A program made the position numbers and the translations under genes. A stretch of 64,000 bases of DNA, taken from assembly GCA_000004985.1 (NCBI GenBank), contig GG738917.1, one strand, 5' to 3'. Below, piece by piece: positions 41,298 to 52,222 of the stretch. A model generated the notes under the pieces. The model saw only the letters and a program-made list of their open reading frames with translations, was not told the origin of the DNA and did not search any database. Source of the DNA: Naegleria gruberi. Taxonomy: Eukaryota. Each line of letters opens with the position of its first letter. Position 1 is the stretch's first letter.

Positions 41298-42308
41298 TTA
41301 CTCTCTAGGATGTCTGTGTTGTTTGGATTGTTTGAGAGATTTGAATTTCCTGTCAAATTCGTCCTTTTCCATTTTTCTTTTCACACACCTTTGGATGGAT
41401 TGTTTCAGGTGTTGAGCTTTCCTTCTGATTCGTTCTGGTGTGATTAATCTCTGAATTTTCACACCCTTAACAAACTTTTTTTTACAAATTACAACTTCTC
41501 GTTTTACAACATATTTTCTAACATCGTCCGATTTTGAAAGATTGAATAATTTACGAATTTTGGAAGCTCTCTTTGGTCCCAGAGTTTTGGGATGAATTGA
41601 ATCTGTGAGTCCAGGAATTTCTATTAAGAAATTAATTTATGAAACTCTAGTTTCAAAAACTTACCAAGAGCACCCTTTCGAATAATTATTGCAGAGACAG
41701 CTCTCAAATTTCTATCAAGAATGCATCCTTTTAGTTTAATTCTTCTCCTTTCTCCTTTTCTCTTTGCTTGCCATCCTCTATATCCAAACTCTCCTGGTCT
41801 CCTCAATATACAAGAAGTTCCGTATTTTATCAATCCAGGAGTGTAACAAGTTCCCAAATGGTCTGAAGCTCCTCTATCCAATATTTCATGATTCAAACAC
41901 CTCGTATTGAAAACCTACCTAATTTTAAATATATAATCTCTAAAATCATTTCCAATACAACTTCCATCAATTTCATCACCCAATTTCCTTCCTCTAAATG
42001 CTTCAGCACCTGAACCATAAATTTCAAATAATTTAGTTCGTCCAGTTTCTCTACAAGCCAATTGAAACTAACATTCAATTTTTCATCATTTTAATTAATA
42101 TCATATTTGATCATCATACCTTCAATTGATGATAATAATTGTGTTTCAAAGTAAAAACACCCTCCGAAAATCCCCACTGTCTAACATCAACATCCTGTCT
42201 CATGTGTTCAAAGCCACTTCCGACAAGCAAATCCAATCTTTTCAGAGGATTTGATTGGGGAGGATATTTGGCTGGAGTGAGATTGTTTGGGCGAAGCATT
42301 TTTTTCAA
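41298..42308 (-). CDS. ribosomal protein eS6 (RPS6)-like gene, multi-exon; 3' exons 41298..41620 and about 41665..41880 well supported, 5' exons uncertain
   Basis: The last exon encodes [42 protein letters not shown]...[16 protein letters not shown], nearly identical in pattern to eukaryotic eS6. The preceding exon encodes ...[41 protein letters not shown] (cf. [35 protein letters not shown]). A 44-nt intron (GTAAGT ... AATAG) lies between them. Sequence 5' of this is only weakly eS6-like. Confidence 0.55.
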
Positions 42309-42430
42309 TTATTTTGATAATTATCAACTTTCAGCCCCAGATCATTGCATCTTTCTTTTGGAAAGGTTTCGTTTTTACAAATTGTGCTAAAGGAATCAAA
42401 CCTCCTTATCAGACTAGAAACAATAAAAAA

Positions 42431-43554
42431 ATGGACAACTTAATTGATACCACATGCAATTTCAAAGCACAACACAAAGCACCTCTCAAATTTCCAGCAC
42501 ACATCCACAAGGGAGATAATTTGTTGGTTGCCATCGGAATTAAATCGAGTGCAAATTATTCAAGATCAAGAGTTGGTGATTTTTGGTATTTTTACGAATC
42601 AGTGTATGATGGCGTGAAATGTCGATTTGAAATTCAATCAAATATGCCATTGGATAGTTTTGCACCACCAGCTTTGAATATTCACAAAATTGTGTTGACT
42701 GTTTATCAAATGAATGAAATGGAGGAAAGGGAGCTATTACTTGAAACTAAATCTGAAAAAGAAGTATACTATTTTGGTGGTGTTCACAACCTGAAGAATT
42801 CAATAGAGAAAAAATTGCAAAAATCAATCGTATTATTGGAATTGACAAACTGTCATACAGTGCTAGAGCTTCTTGGGATATTTTAATGAACTATATGGAA
42901 GTTTACGGGTATTTTAGTTATTACCGTGTTGTACCTGGATCAAGGAATGAAAAAGTGTATTGTGAAATGTTGCTTCATGACAGTACACTGATTGACAGTA
43001 ATCATAGTGAAAACGCAACTTACAAAAAAAGATTTCATAAACTTGATGGAGTGGCAGCTAATAAGTCATGGGTTAATATAGATATCTCTAAATATCCGTA
43101 TATTGAAATGTTGAATTACAATGGAGACGAATTGAGATATTCTGAAAGTTTGGAGCAGACAAACAATTTAGGGATAATCACTATAACTTACAATTCGGAA
43201 ATTATTTATAGAGCTAGTTATCCTTATGAAAAGGTAGTTAGAATAGGAAATTCATATACTCCAAATTACCAAAGTCCAATTTACAAGAATGGTTTGATCT
43301 GTGAAATTGATGAGAGAAAACCAACACATTCAGTTTTCAAATTTGTTGAGAAAATGCTCCAAATCACTTTGAAACAAACAAGGAATTTTGAAATTTCAGA
43401 AATGGAACAAGAATGGTGTTCTTTATGTAACAGTCAATTTAAAAATCTTGTAATGATTTTCAATTTTAGAAATTACAAACATTTCAATCATTTGAATTTG
43501 AATAATGCACTGAGAAATTCATCAACTTTCTCAGATATTGTATTTTACAATTAG
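42431..43554 (+). CDS. hypothetical protein(s): two consecutive ORFs (42431..42886 and 42886..43554) in different frames overlapping by 1 nt
   Basis: Both have coding-like composition and no recognisable domains. The arrangement (TAATG) suggests a frameshift, a pseudogene, or two tightly packed genes. The track start of the first ORF is TTG; the first ATG is at 42431. Confidence 0.25.
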
Positions 43555-43784
43555 ATTAAACCTTTAAATCATTTCATGAGCTACTCATTTCAATTTCATC
43601 ACAATTACTTACGCTAGTTTATTCATAGTTGAATCAAGTTAATTTCTTCCTCTGATTTGACCAACTTTCCTAATAATGTCCTCATGAGCTTCACATTTCA
43701 TATGTCAACTTCAAAGAAACCATGTGTAAAGTAAGCGATTACCTTTCATGAAATTGTGTGGAAAATTTTAAAAACAATTAAAAA

Positions 43785-44915
43785 ATGTCAAAAGTTTGTT
43801 TGCTTGTTTTTTTCGTGGTCTTGGCAGGTCTTGTCTGTTGTGTACAAGGAGCAATTCATCTTTTACCACCACAATCATCTTCTTCTACCAGCTTTTCAAC
43901 AATTTCCACAAGAAATGTCAACCAAAATGTAGGGCCCTCTGGTAATACTAATTATATCAACTTGACAGGTGTCATTGCAGGTTCAATCTCAGGTTTAGTC
44001 TTTCTAGTCGTCATCTTACCAACAATTGTTGCTTGTTCTTTAATGTGTGTACTTGTATGTGTGACTGAGGAGAAAGTAGAAGAAAGAGAGTTGGAATCTC
44101 AGAATCCGTTTAATCTTCCATCAAGTGTAATTTCTGGTGAATTTGTGAATGGAACAACATTGTATGATGTTAATTATGCTGACTGTGCCGTTTTTCTTTT
44201 TTGGGTTGTGACTTGGTTATTCAGAAAATTGACTTGTGGCATTTTCGATTCACTTTTAATATTGAGAAGTACTAGATTTCGTGTCAGAAAAATGTTAGTC
44301 GGAAATAGAAGATTAGACTTGGACATTTCAGATAATTGCTGTCATATTCCATTCCTACATTATTTGAATAGTGCATTGAATGTGTACACTTGTGGTTTGT
44401 GGAGAGTTTTCGGCTTGACTCATCGTTTCTATTATAGAAAAATCGATGATAGAATCTTTTGGAAACCAATCGAAAGTTCATCTCAACCCAATCAAGCTAT
44501 TCAATGGGTTGGTTTTGATGAAAAACCTGGCAAACATCAATTTACCTGGTTTAGTATCTATTGTGGATGGAAGACCGAATTAATGTATTGGTTCCTGAAG
44601 AGAATTGTAAATGTTTTCACATTATTCTTTGGCGATGCATTTATTGAAGCTTGGTATTTGAGAGAAAAGATTAAGTATGCTAAATTTGGTGGTAAGGGAA
44701 GTTTTGCAGTGATTCAAAATGGTCAACCAACTTCATTTATTTCTGGCTCTCCAATGAATTTGACATTCCATTCAATTCTGGATGGTTGTTCCTATTTGGG
44801 AAGATTGCTGTTGTATAGATTTTTGTGGATTATCACATGTGGATTGTTTGGATGTTGTTCAGGTGAGAGTTTTATTCTTTCATATATTGATGCACATTTG
44901 GTATTGAATAGATGA
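43785..44915 (+). CDS. hypothetical Cys-rich membrane protein (signal peptide + TM helix)
   Basis: ATG verified. An N-terminal signal-like segment is followed by a TM helix (GVIAGSISGLVFLVVILPTIVACSLMCVLVCV) and a Cys/Trp-rich C-terminal region. Confidence 0.35.
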   Translation: MSKVCLLVFFVVLAGLVCCVQGAIHLLPPQSSSSTSFSTISTRNVNQNVGPSGNTNYINLTGVIAGSISGLVFLVVILPTIVACSLMCVLVCVTEEKVEERELESQNPFNLPSSVISGEFVNGTTLYDVNYADCAVFLFWVVTWLFRKLTCGIFDSLLILRSTRFRVRKMLVGNRRLDLDISDNCCHIPFLHYLNSALNVYTCGLWRVFGLTHRFYYRKIDDRIFWKPIESSSQPNQAIQWVGFDEKPGKHQFTWFSIYCGWKTELMYWFLKRIVNVFTLFFGDAFIEAWYLREKIKYAKFGGKGSFAVIQNGQPTSFISGSPMNLTFHSILDGCSYLGRLLLYRFLWIITCGLFGCCSGESFILSYIDAHLVLNR

Positions 44916-45100
44916 GTTTACAACAATATTGAAATATATTAAAATCACACAAACTAGGCTTTAAAATTAACACATCCTACATCTTTATCCACCAAATTTG
45001 GAAGTAGTCATTGGTTAGCAATATTCAATTTCATTACCTTTTCAAATATTCGAGTTCATAATGATTCGGAAATCAATTTCCGTTGCTTCCTTTAAAAAAA

Positions 45101-45769
45101 ATGGCAGAAATTCAAACACTCGATTTGATCCGAGTGGAGAATAATGCAGAGCTCATTTCCAGCACTCCTCCATCATTTGGAGATATTAGAATTAAACCCT
45201 TGAACTCTCTACTGCTTCCGATAGTTTCTGATGCGAAAATTCTATATGATACAACAAGATTTACCTATTTTGAAGTTAAATTATGTCAAACACTAACTAA
45301 ACTTTTCATTGGATTTGGGTTTACTTCATCAGAGTCACATGATGACGAAGATATTGTTGGATGGGATACAGACACTATTGGTTTTCATTATGATAACGGA
45401 AGAGTCTATCAGGAAACAAGTTTTACAGCACCTATTGCTGATAAACTTCATTTAGTGGATGTAAAGGGAGATGAAGTGTTTGGATTCTTTTTGGACCACG
45501 AAATTGGTGAATTCAAAGTGACATGTAATGGAAGATTATTGCACAATTCATTGGGAACTCGATTCACAATGGAAAAGTACAAGAAGAAGATTTTTAAACC
45601 AATGATAAGTGTGGATTGTGGAATGAGAGTTGAGATGGAAATTAATTTGGGATTACAATTGGGAAGTCGACCATTTTTATTTACAGAGATGGTACTGGTG
45701 AAACAGAGACAGAAATTATTTGAAATGCAAGGGAAATGTTCTGATATGGAAATTGTTTGTCAGGAATAA
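45101..45769 (+). CDS. SPRY (B30.2-like) domain protein
   Basis: A SPRY pattern is present (YFEVKL...GFGFTS...GWDTDTIGFHYDNGRVY...GDEVFGFFLDHEIGEFKVTCNGRLL). The track start is TTG; the first ATG is at 45101. Confidence 0.5.
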   Translation: MAEIQTLDLIRVENNAELISSTPPSFGDIRIKPLNSLLLPIVSDAKILYDTTRFTYFEVKLCQTLTKLFIGFGFTSSESHDDEDIVGWDTDTIGFHYDNGRVYQETSFTAPIADKLHLVDVKGDEVFGFFLDHEIGEFKVTCNGRLLHNSLGTRFTMEKYKKKIFKPMISVDCGMRVEMEINLGLQLGSRPFLFTEMVLVKQRQKLFEMQGKCSDMEIVCQE

Positions 45770-46153
45770 TGCATTTTCCCATAGGTCAATTCAAGTTTTC
45801 AAGAGTCGAATAATGACAGGCTGTTGAAACACTACGAATTGAACAAGAAAGAACTTTCATGATGAATTGAATTCTCATTAGATATTGCAAAATTGAGTTT
45901 TTTTTCCGTTACCATAACAATATACCAATAGTTGCGTCACAACACATACCCAATAAATCGGCTGCCTTACTCAGTTTGTTTTTTTGGTGGTCTTGCCCAC
46001 TTGTAGAGTATCTCTTAACTTCTTATCAAAAATTTGTGACTGAGTTAGTTTAATTTACTTTACAACCCGATTTCCTTTGATTACTGGACTCATACAGATT
46101 TATAAATCAGGTGCCGCACACAATTTTAACTTTAAAAAATTATTTAAAAAAAT

Positions 46154-47623
46154 ATGAAAGATCCAAAGAGAAGAGTTTTGCAGGAATTTATTAAACTTTT
46201 CGCTGATGAGAAGGTTCAAATTCAAGCGGAAAAGAAGAAGAAATCTTCATCACCACAATCGGATAATGATGGAAGAATTATGCTGGAAGAAAAGACATTA
46301 GAATGGGCTACAGATAATGACGGCTACAAGGTTGTATTTACTAAAATATTGTCCTATTTGGATGAGTATGATTTGGCACTTTCTATTCAGCCTACTTGTA
46401 AATTGTTCCAAAATTTTTCAAAGAATGATCAATTGTGGGAAAAGCTCATGTATTACAAATATGATAATGATTATTTGTGTATTTTTAAAGCACACAAAAG
46501 AGACTATTTCCGTAGTGGAAATTGGGAAGATTTCAAGAAAAGATATCAAGATCTTGCCAATTGTAAGGAAAGATTTGTTGCATCTTGGAGAGAGTACAAT
46601 AGTTTGGGTCTAGCAGAGGGATCCTATCGCTTCCATGAACCAACTTCATTTGAATACAGAAGAAAAAAGCATAGAGATTGTGATAAATGCCTAGATGGAA
46701 TTGATGAGGACGAGCCATTTATAGTTGTTGATCCATTTTATTCTAGAAAGGCTCTCCATATCGATTGTGTAAATAAGGAACGTTTTAGAGAAATATATCC
46801 ACATGTTTTGAACTTTCTTCCAGAAAATTCTCCCTACAAACAAGATGTAATCAACTCACTTTACAGATCTAGAATGTTTGATCATGTTGATGGTTCAAGC
46901 AAAAAGCAAGCTGACAAAGATGAAGAAGAAGAATTGGAAGATGAAGAAGAATTACCAGAATATTCATGTGATATATGTGAAGAACCAATTTATGGAATCA
47001 GATACAATTGTCTGGATTGTGGAGAGTATGATTTGTGTGGATACTGTTGTGAAAAGGTCATTATGAAACAGAAGGGGTCAACATTGAAAATGTGTCAACA
47101 TGCTGATCATCCTCACGATCACACTTTCCAATCTGTTGATGAAGAAGAGTTTACTACCTATTCCTGTAACCAGTGTAAAGAAAAAATTAGAGGCCACAGA
47201 TATCACAAATTGGATGAAACAGATTATGATTTATGTACATTATGTTTCTTTGATACAAATTCCAAAGATGCCTATGAAAAGATTGATCTCTTTGGAGAGA
47301 AATCAGTTGAACCTCTCTACACTAGTTTCTGTGAAAAATTATTACTGAAAGAGGTCAAGTCCGTTCTTGAAGCTCTCGGTGAGGAAGTTGCAAACATGAC
47401 AAAGAAGCAACTCTCAGCCAAATTGTTTGAGATTTTAGAGGAAAAGAAGGAGGACAATACCAGACCAACCATTTGCAGTCTAGTTTCCAGTGTAGAAAGA
47501 TTCTGCTGCAAAGACCAAGATGGAATAGTATTACCAAGTTCTGCTCCAAATGCCCTTGTAGCTAGTGTTGAATTGGTTGATGAAGCAGTAAAACCGCCAA
47601 AGAAGAAAACTAAGACCGAATGA
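46154..47623 (+). CDS. F-box-like / double ZZ-type zinc-finger protein
   Basis: It has an N-terminal F-box-like region (FTKILSYLDEYDLALSIQPTCKLF). Two ZZ-type zinc fingers are present (YSCDICEEPIYGIRYNCLDCGEYDLCGYCC and YSCNQCKEKIRGHRYHKLDETDYDLCTLCF). ATG verified. Confidence 0.5.
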   Translation: MKDPKRRVLQEFIKLFADEKVQIQAEKKKKSSSPQSDNDGRIMLEEKTLEWATDNDGYKVVFTKILSYLDEYDLALSIQPTCKLFQNFSKNDQLWEKLMYYKYDNDYLCIFKAHKRDYFRSGNWEDFKKRYQDLANCKERFVASWREYNSLGLAEGSYRFHEPTSFEYRRKKHRDCDKCLDGIDEDEPFIVVDPFYSRKALHIDCVNKERFREIYPHVLNFLPENSPYKQDVINSLYRSRMFDHVDGSSKKQADKDEEEELEDEEELPEYSCDICEEPIYGIRYNCLDCGEYDLCGYCCEKVIMKQKGSTLKMCQHADHPHDHTFQSVDEEEFTTYSCNQCKEKIRGHRYHKLDETDYDLCTLCFFDTNSKDAYEKIDLFGEKSVEPLYTSFCEKLLLKEVKSVLEALGEEVANMTKKQLSAKLFEILEEKKEDNTRPTICSLVSSVERFCCKDQDGIVLPSSAPNALVASVELVDEAVKPPKKKTKTE

Positions 47624-47695
47624 GCACTATGCAATATCCAAGTATTTAAACATTTCATTTCCAACCTTTATCTTGTCAATTTACAACTTGATTAG

Positions 47696-48253
47696 TTACT
47701 TTGATTTGGATGATTCTTCATTATTGTCATCAGGCTCTCCTCTCTCTGATTTATAGAAAATGTACAGAAGAAGGGAGAATAAATAGGTTGACTCATTCAA
47801 TGATGCTATTGCTGAATACCATGCCAACTTGTGCTCCTCAAGAGTAGCTAAATAAGCAAATACACAAATCAAGTGATGTATCCTAATCGAAACAGAAATA
47901 TCTCCACAAATTAATTCACTCAGGAAAAAAGCAACATTGCATTCCACAAAAATCAAATACACATCCGTTCCCTCTATGAGCGTATCTCCATTGGAAGCTT
48001 CCCAAGCCTTAATACAGTACCATAATCCTGAGCCAATGGTAATGACAGTTACTATCGTATTGATAGAAAGTCCAACATATTTAACAATTTTCTTTTTCAT
48101 TGACTTATCAATTCCCTGCTTTTTTACAATGTGAAATGCTAATATTTGTCCCAGATAATTGAGTGTAGCAAATAGTGCAAAGAATGCTGCAATGGAAGCA
48201 TAGGATATGGGACTTGGTGAACTTGTGATTTTGTCAGTAAAGGAAGTAGACAT
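47696..48253 (-). CDS. hypothetical small multi-pass membrane protein
   Basis: 185-aa ORF with ATG verified, 4-5 predicted TM helices and an acidic C-terminus. Confidence 0.3.
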   Translation of the reverse strand: MSTSFTDKITSSPSPISYASIAAFFALFATLNYLGQILAFHIVKKQGIDKSMKKKIVKYVGLSINTIVTVITIGSGLWYCIKAWEASNGDTLIEGTDVYLIFVECNVAFFLSELICGDISVSIRIHHLICVFAYLATLEEHKLAWYSAIASLNESTYLFSLLLYIFYKSERGEPDDNNEESSKSK

Positions 48254-48935
48254 TTTTTGCAGTATAAATTAACTATCTATTAAAATGGAAGGTGTGCAAC
48301 AATTGATGATTATTATGTTTGGACGTGAACATTTTCATAAGATGGAAAGAAAAACATCTTCCTGATTATTACATTGTTTAGAAGTGATTACAGTTGTTTT
48401 TTCTATTATTGATAAAAATTGAAATTTAAGGTACCAATCTGCATGTTCACAAATCCCCCATTCACGAACCATGGCTGGTTAGGAATGCAGCAATCATCTA
48501 TGAACGAGGAAACCTACAACGAAGCATGTTTCCAGTTCTATGTCATGCTCAAGATATGTGACTACAGAGTCTTCATCTTGGTTAACCTCAAAGGTCAGAT
48601 TGACTCAAAAAAGTCGAGTTTATGTATTCCTACAGAAAAGATCCTGTAGAAGTACAGTCAATGGTTTTACAAATACTGCATCCTCAGTGATGTTTTGGTT
48701 GGGAAAGTGAGAAATGTTGTGAGGAGAAGTTATGGTTAAAATATTGGGAATTATTAGAATTTTTGGATCAAGAAAATATTTGAATTGAAGAAAGTACAAA
48801 AACCGAGTAATTAGAGAAACATGTTGTACACCAACAAGAACTATTTCATCAATATTGATTGAGATGGTGTTTGTTTTTGAAATATTTCAGGATGGACTAT
48901 TCAATGTCAAAAATAAGATTTCAAATTACATGTGA

Positions 48936-49016
48936 AGCAGGGGTTCCCGAGTGGTCAAAGGGGGTAGACTCAAGTTCTACTGCGCAAGCTTCGTGGGTTC
49001 AAATCCCACCTTCTGC
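48936..49016 (+). tRNA. tRNA-Leu (anticodon CAA), class II with long variable arm
   Basis: Sequence is GCAGGGGTTCCCGAGTGGTCAAAGGGGGTAGACTCAAGTTCTAC-[variable arm]-GTGGGTTCAAATCCCACCTTCTGCA. Anticodon stem is GTAGA/TCTAC, loop is CTCAAGT (anticodon CAA), and there is a B box GGTTCAAATCC. It closely matches eukaryotic tRNA-Leu(CAA). Confidence 0.8.
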
Positions 49017-49670
49017 AGATTTTGCTTCTTTCTCCCTTAGTCTTTTTGAATAGACCACTATTTGCAAATATTTATTGTTAGTCCGACGTCTAGTTTCTAT
49101 GGTAAAAACTTTGTTCAATTTCATAAAGACTCTATAAAGATAATCAATAAAGATAACACTGACCTCAAATATTCCAGCCTAAACAATTTGAAAAATACCA
49201 TGCACAAAAAAGAAGAAAGACTACAAATTTGGCAAAGTGAAGGAAAAAGACTACAGCACCACAGGTTCCCAAGTTGTCTCCAACCTCAGTACTGATGTGG
49301 CTCGACGATAAATCGGACGGGATGAGGTGCATTCATCGTGATATGGCCGTAGCCATTCAATTGTTGAAAATTTGAAAAATAAATCAAATTCAAGCATGTT
49401 CTTGATAACAGGAAATATTGATATTTGTTGAGATTTATCATTTCACCACTAACAAATCAAATTGGAAAATTTAATTGTACTAATTTTTTATGGAATATTT
49501 TAAACTAGCTCATAAAAAAATGATGTTAAAACTGAGGCTTCTAAAAACGGATGTACAAATAGTTTTTAAAAAATAAAAACACAATTACCAAGATAGATAT
49601 CCAAACCATCACTACAAGAAAATAAATTGTGTGAAAATAAATGATCTTAGAAAAAATCATAAAATGTTAT

Positions 49671-49741
49671 CTCGAGTGCCGGGAATTGAACCCGGGTCGC
49701 CAGAGTGACAGTCTGGAATGCTACCACTATACCACACCCGA
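49671..49741 (-). tRNA. tRNA-Asp (anticodon GTC)
   Basis: The reverse complement reads TCGGGTGTGGTATAGTGGTAGCATTCCAGACTGTCACTCTGGCGACCCGGGTTCAATTCCCGGCACTCGAG. Anticodon loop is CTGTCAC (GTC), and the B box is GGTTCAATTCC. The acceptor stem is fully paired (one G-U). It closely matches eukaryotic tRNA-Asp(GUC). Confidence 0.8.
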
Positions 49742-50247
49742 TTTCACATTAATTAATATACATCAGCACTGTTATACAGCAACTAGACTTGACCTTAGTT
49801 CAATAGATTGTAACTCCAATAGTGCAAATTGAAAGGCAGAAACAAGAAAGAGAAATGTCATGTAAATCATCTTTCAGCAAGTTCTCCCAATGTACACGAT
49901 TCGAATAAATCCAGAAGAAAAAAATGACCAGAAGCAAGAATAGTTGTAAGGGCAGCCAAAAGTTTAAACCTTCCTCTGCATACCGTGCCAGTTGGAAGAG
50001 TCATAACCACAAAGCAGCCCGAACAAGAATTCGCTCAGTCACTTCACAAGCCAACAAGGGATCTCTATTCGGAGGTGTTGAAGATTTGCCTCAACTTCAT
50101 GAATATAGTGATAGATGGATGATAGATGATTTTAAATATATTTAAATAATAGGCAAATGCATTTAAATAAATTCTTCATCAATTCTTCATAAAGTTTGTA
50201 AAATTAATTGATAACCAAATTAAATATTTATTTCTATAATTGGAATA

Positions 50248-51381
50248 TTACGAATTAAACATGTGTTTGATTAGTTCATAGGTAGAAATCATAATTGCAC
50301 ATGAAGGTGCCACTTTGAGACATCTTGGCATGAGTCCTCTCGAAAATCCTTTCATTCCCTGTGATTTGTAAATACTCCTCGAAATGTCAAACACTCCCAC
50401 ATGATTAGAATTGACATTTTGTGCATTTGTCTTGATTACATCGAATGGATGTGTAAGAGTTGTTGCAAAAACACCTCCAATAGCTCCACTCAGAAATGAA
50501 ATCAAAATTAAATTACTGCATTTCACATCATCCCCAGAAGATAATCTTGCCTTACAATCCTTATTTGTTGCAATCAATAAATTATACTTTAAATTCTCGT
50601 AAAACATCCAATAAAGTGAAGAAAATGGAACATCTCTCAATAAAGTTGCTGAATATCCTCTCAGTAATTGATCCCACCTCAAATCACGTAAATAAATCTT
50701 TGTTTTCGATACTTGAGAAGCAGTTTTGAAATATTCAATCGGATTTGTAACTGTTACTGCAATAATTCTTGCCACACAACCTGAAATCAATGGAGTAAAA
50801 GTGTGTCCATAATCCTTGAATTGAACCTTGAATTTCTCATAAAGTGAATAGTAAATTCCATTATTAGGAATGGTCATTAACAATGTTGGCCTAAGTCCTC
50901 TCCACAATGTTGCAATTCCTTCATGTTTTACAATAGAAAGCAAGCCTCGGAATGTTGATTGAGGTAAATGATGATGTTTTGTATGAAGTTGATGAGAATT
51001 AGATTGTGTCTGAAGCCTACTTTTAATTACATCCAATGGACAAGTAAATACAGCAGTAAGACACGAACCAAATGTTGATGCAATGATTTGTTGAGTGAGT
51101 GGAGCAGGTTTACCAAAGGAAGAATGATACTTTTCTATTAGGAAATTAGATATAGATGAAGATGATGATGATTGTATAGGTTGATCATGATTATTATTAT
51201 TATGAATATTAATGGCAGATAAAACAGATGGTGCTGATGAAGGAATCTTTGTATTATTTAAACTATTTAAATTATTATTGTTATCATCAATCATTTCTAA
51301 TCGTGAAAGTATCACTCTCGGATTATCATGCACAATAACCGATGATGCTGATGATGATGAATACTTCTCTTCAATGTTCAT
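50248..51381 (-). CDS. mitochondrial carrier family (SLC25) protein with about 100-aa Asn/Ser-rich N-terminal extension
   Basis: It has three carrier repeats with P-x-[DE]-x-x-[KR] motifs (PLDVIKSRLQ, PIEYFKTASQ, PFDVIKTNAQ) and 6 TM helices. ATG verified. Confidence 0.75.
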   Translation of the reverse strand: MNIEEKYSSSSASSVIVHDNPRVILSRLEMIDDNNNNLNSLNNTKIPSSAPSVLSAINIHNNNNHDQPIQSSSSSSISNFLIEKYHSSFGKPAPLTQQIIASTFGSCLTAVFTCPLDVIKSRLQTQSNSHQLHTKHHHLPQSTFRGLLSIVKHEGIATLWRGLRPTLLMTIPNNGIYYSLYEKFKVQFKDYGHTFTPLISGCVARIIAVTVTNPIEYFKTASQVSKTKIYLRDLRWDQLLRGYSATLLRDVPFSSLYWMFYENLKYNLLIATNKDCKARLSSGDDVKCSNLILISFLSGAIGGVFATTLTHPFDVIKTNAQNVNSNHVGVFDISRSIYKSQGMKGFSRGLMPRCLKVAPSCAIMISTYELIKHMFNS

Positions 51382-52222
51382 AATTATTATTAATTATAAT
51401 ATCAGATAAATATTAATCTTAAAAGCAAACTCTTCAAAATATGTTAGAGTTTTGCCAATGAAGGTTCTTTTTTCTGATTGAATAAAAAGTATTATTCAAT
51501 CTTCTTCCCCTACTCGATTCTATATTATAGCAACTTCAACAACACGGATTTGCATTGATTCTCTCTCAATCAATTTTATTAGGATCCCTATTTGGTAATT
51601 AATATATAAGCAATACCATCTAATGGTCAATGCTTTTTTCTTCTGTTTACCAGCAAACCATTGAATATCGAGATCAATGGTAATTGATGAGAATCCTTTA
51701 AGGTAGCATTAATTCAAGCTGTTTCCTTAGTGCATGAGGAGGACTCCTTCATCATCAAATCAATTTTGAATGTGTGTTGAATTAAAATCAATATCGGAAT
51801 GGGTATCAGATCGTTGTATGAGCTTTTTTTCAACTCTAAATCATTTGTAAAAATAATAATAATATTAAATAATAAATATTAATAATATTAAATTATGAAA
51901 AGCTTAAGAATGTTGTGAGTGGGAAGAAATGAATAGACCTTCGTTCTCTCAGTAAAATAATAATCAAGGCTCATTGTCGGTAATCTGTTCAAAGGTTTCG
52001 AATAAACTTTGGCTTGAAACCACAAAACCATCAAAATCATCAACTGTTGTGATTACGATTTCTTGATGAGGTTTTTCTATTTTCATCACATAATAAAAAT
52101 TCATCATCTCTCGAGTGTGGAAACAATATCCGAAACCTTTCAAAACTATTCGATATTAAAAAGTTGGAATTTAAAATTCTAAGAAGGATTAAAATTGTTC
52201 TTTATTTGCTATCTATTTAATT

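Noticed and set aside
41893-42308. Treating ORFs 41893..42078 and 42114..42308 as independent small genes
   Set aside because: They lie on the same strand immediately 5' of the eS6-like exons and are most simply 5' exons or UTR of that gene, although their products are not eS6-like. The whole region is left as one uncertain gene model.
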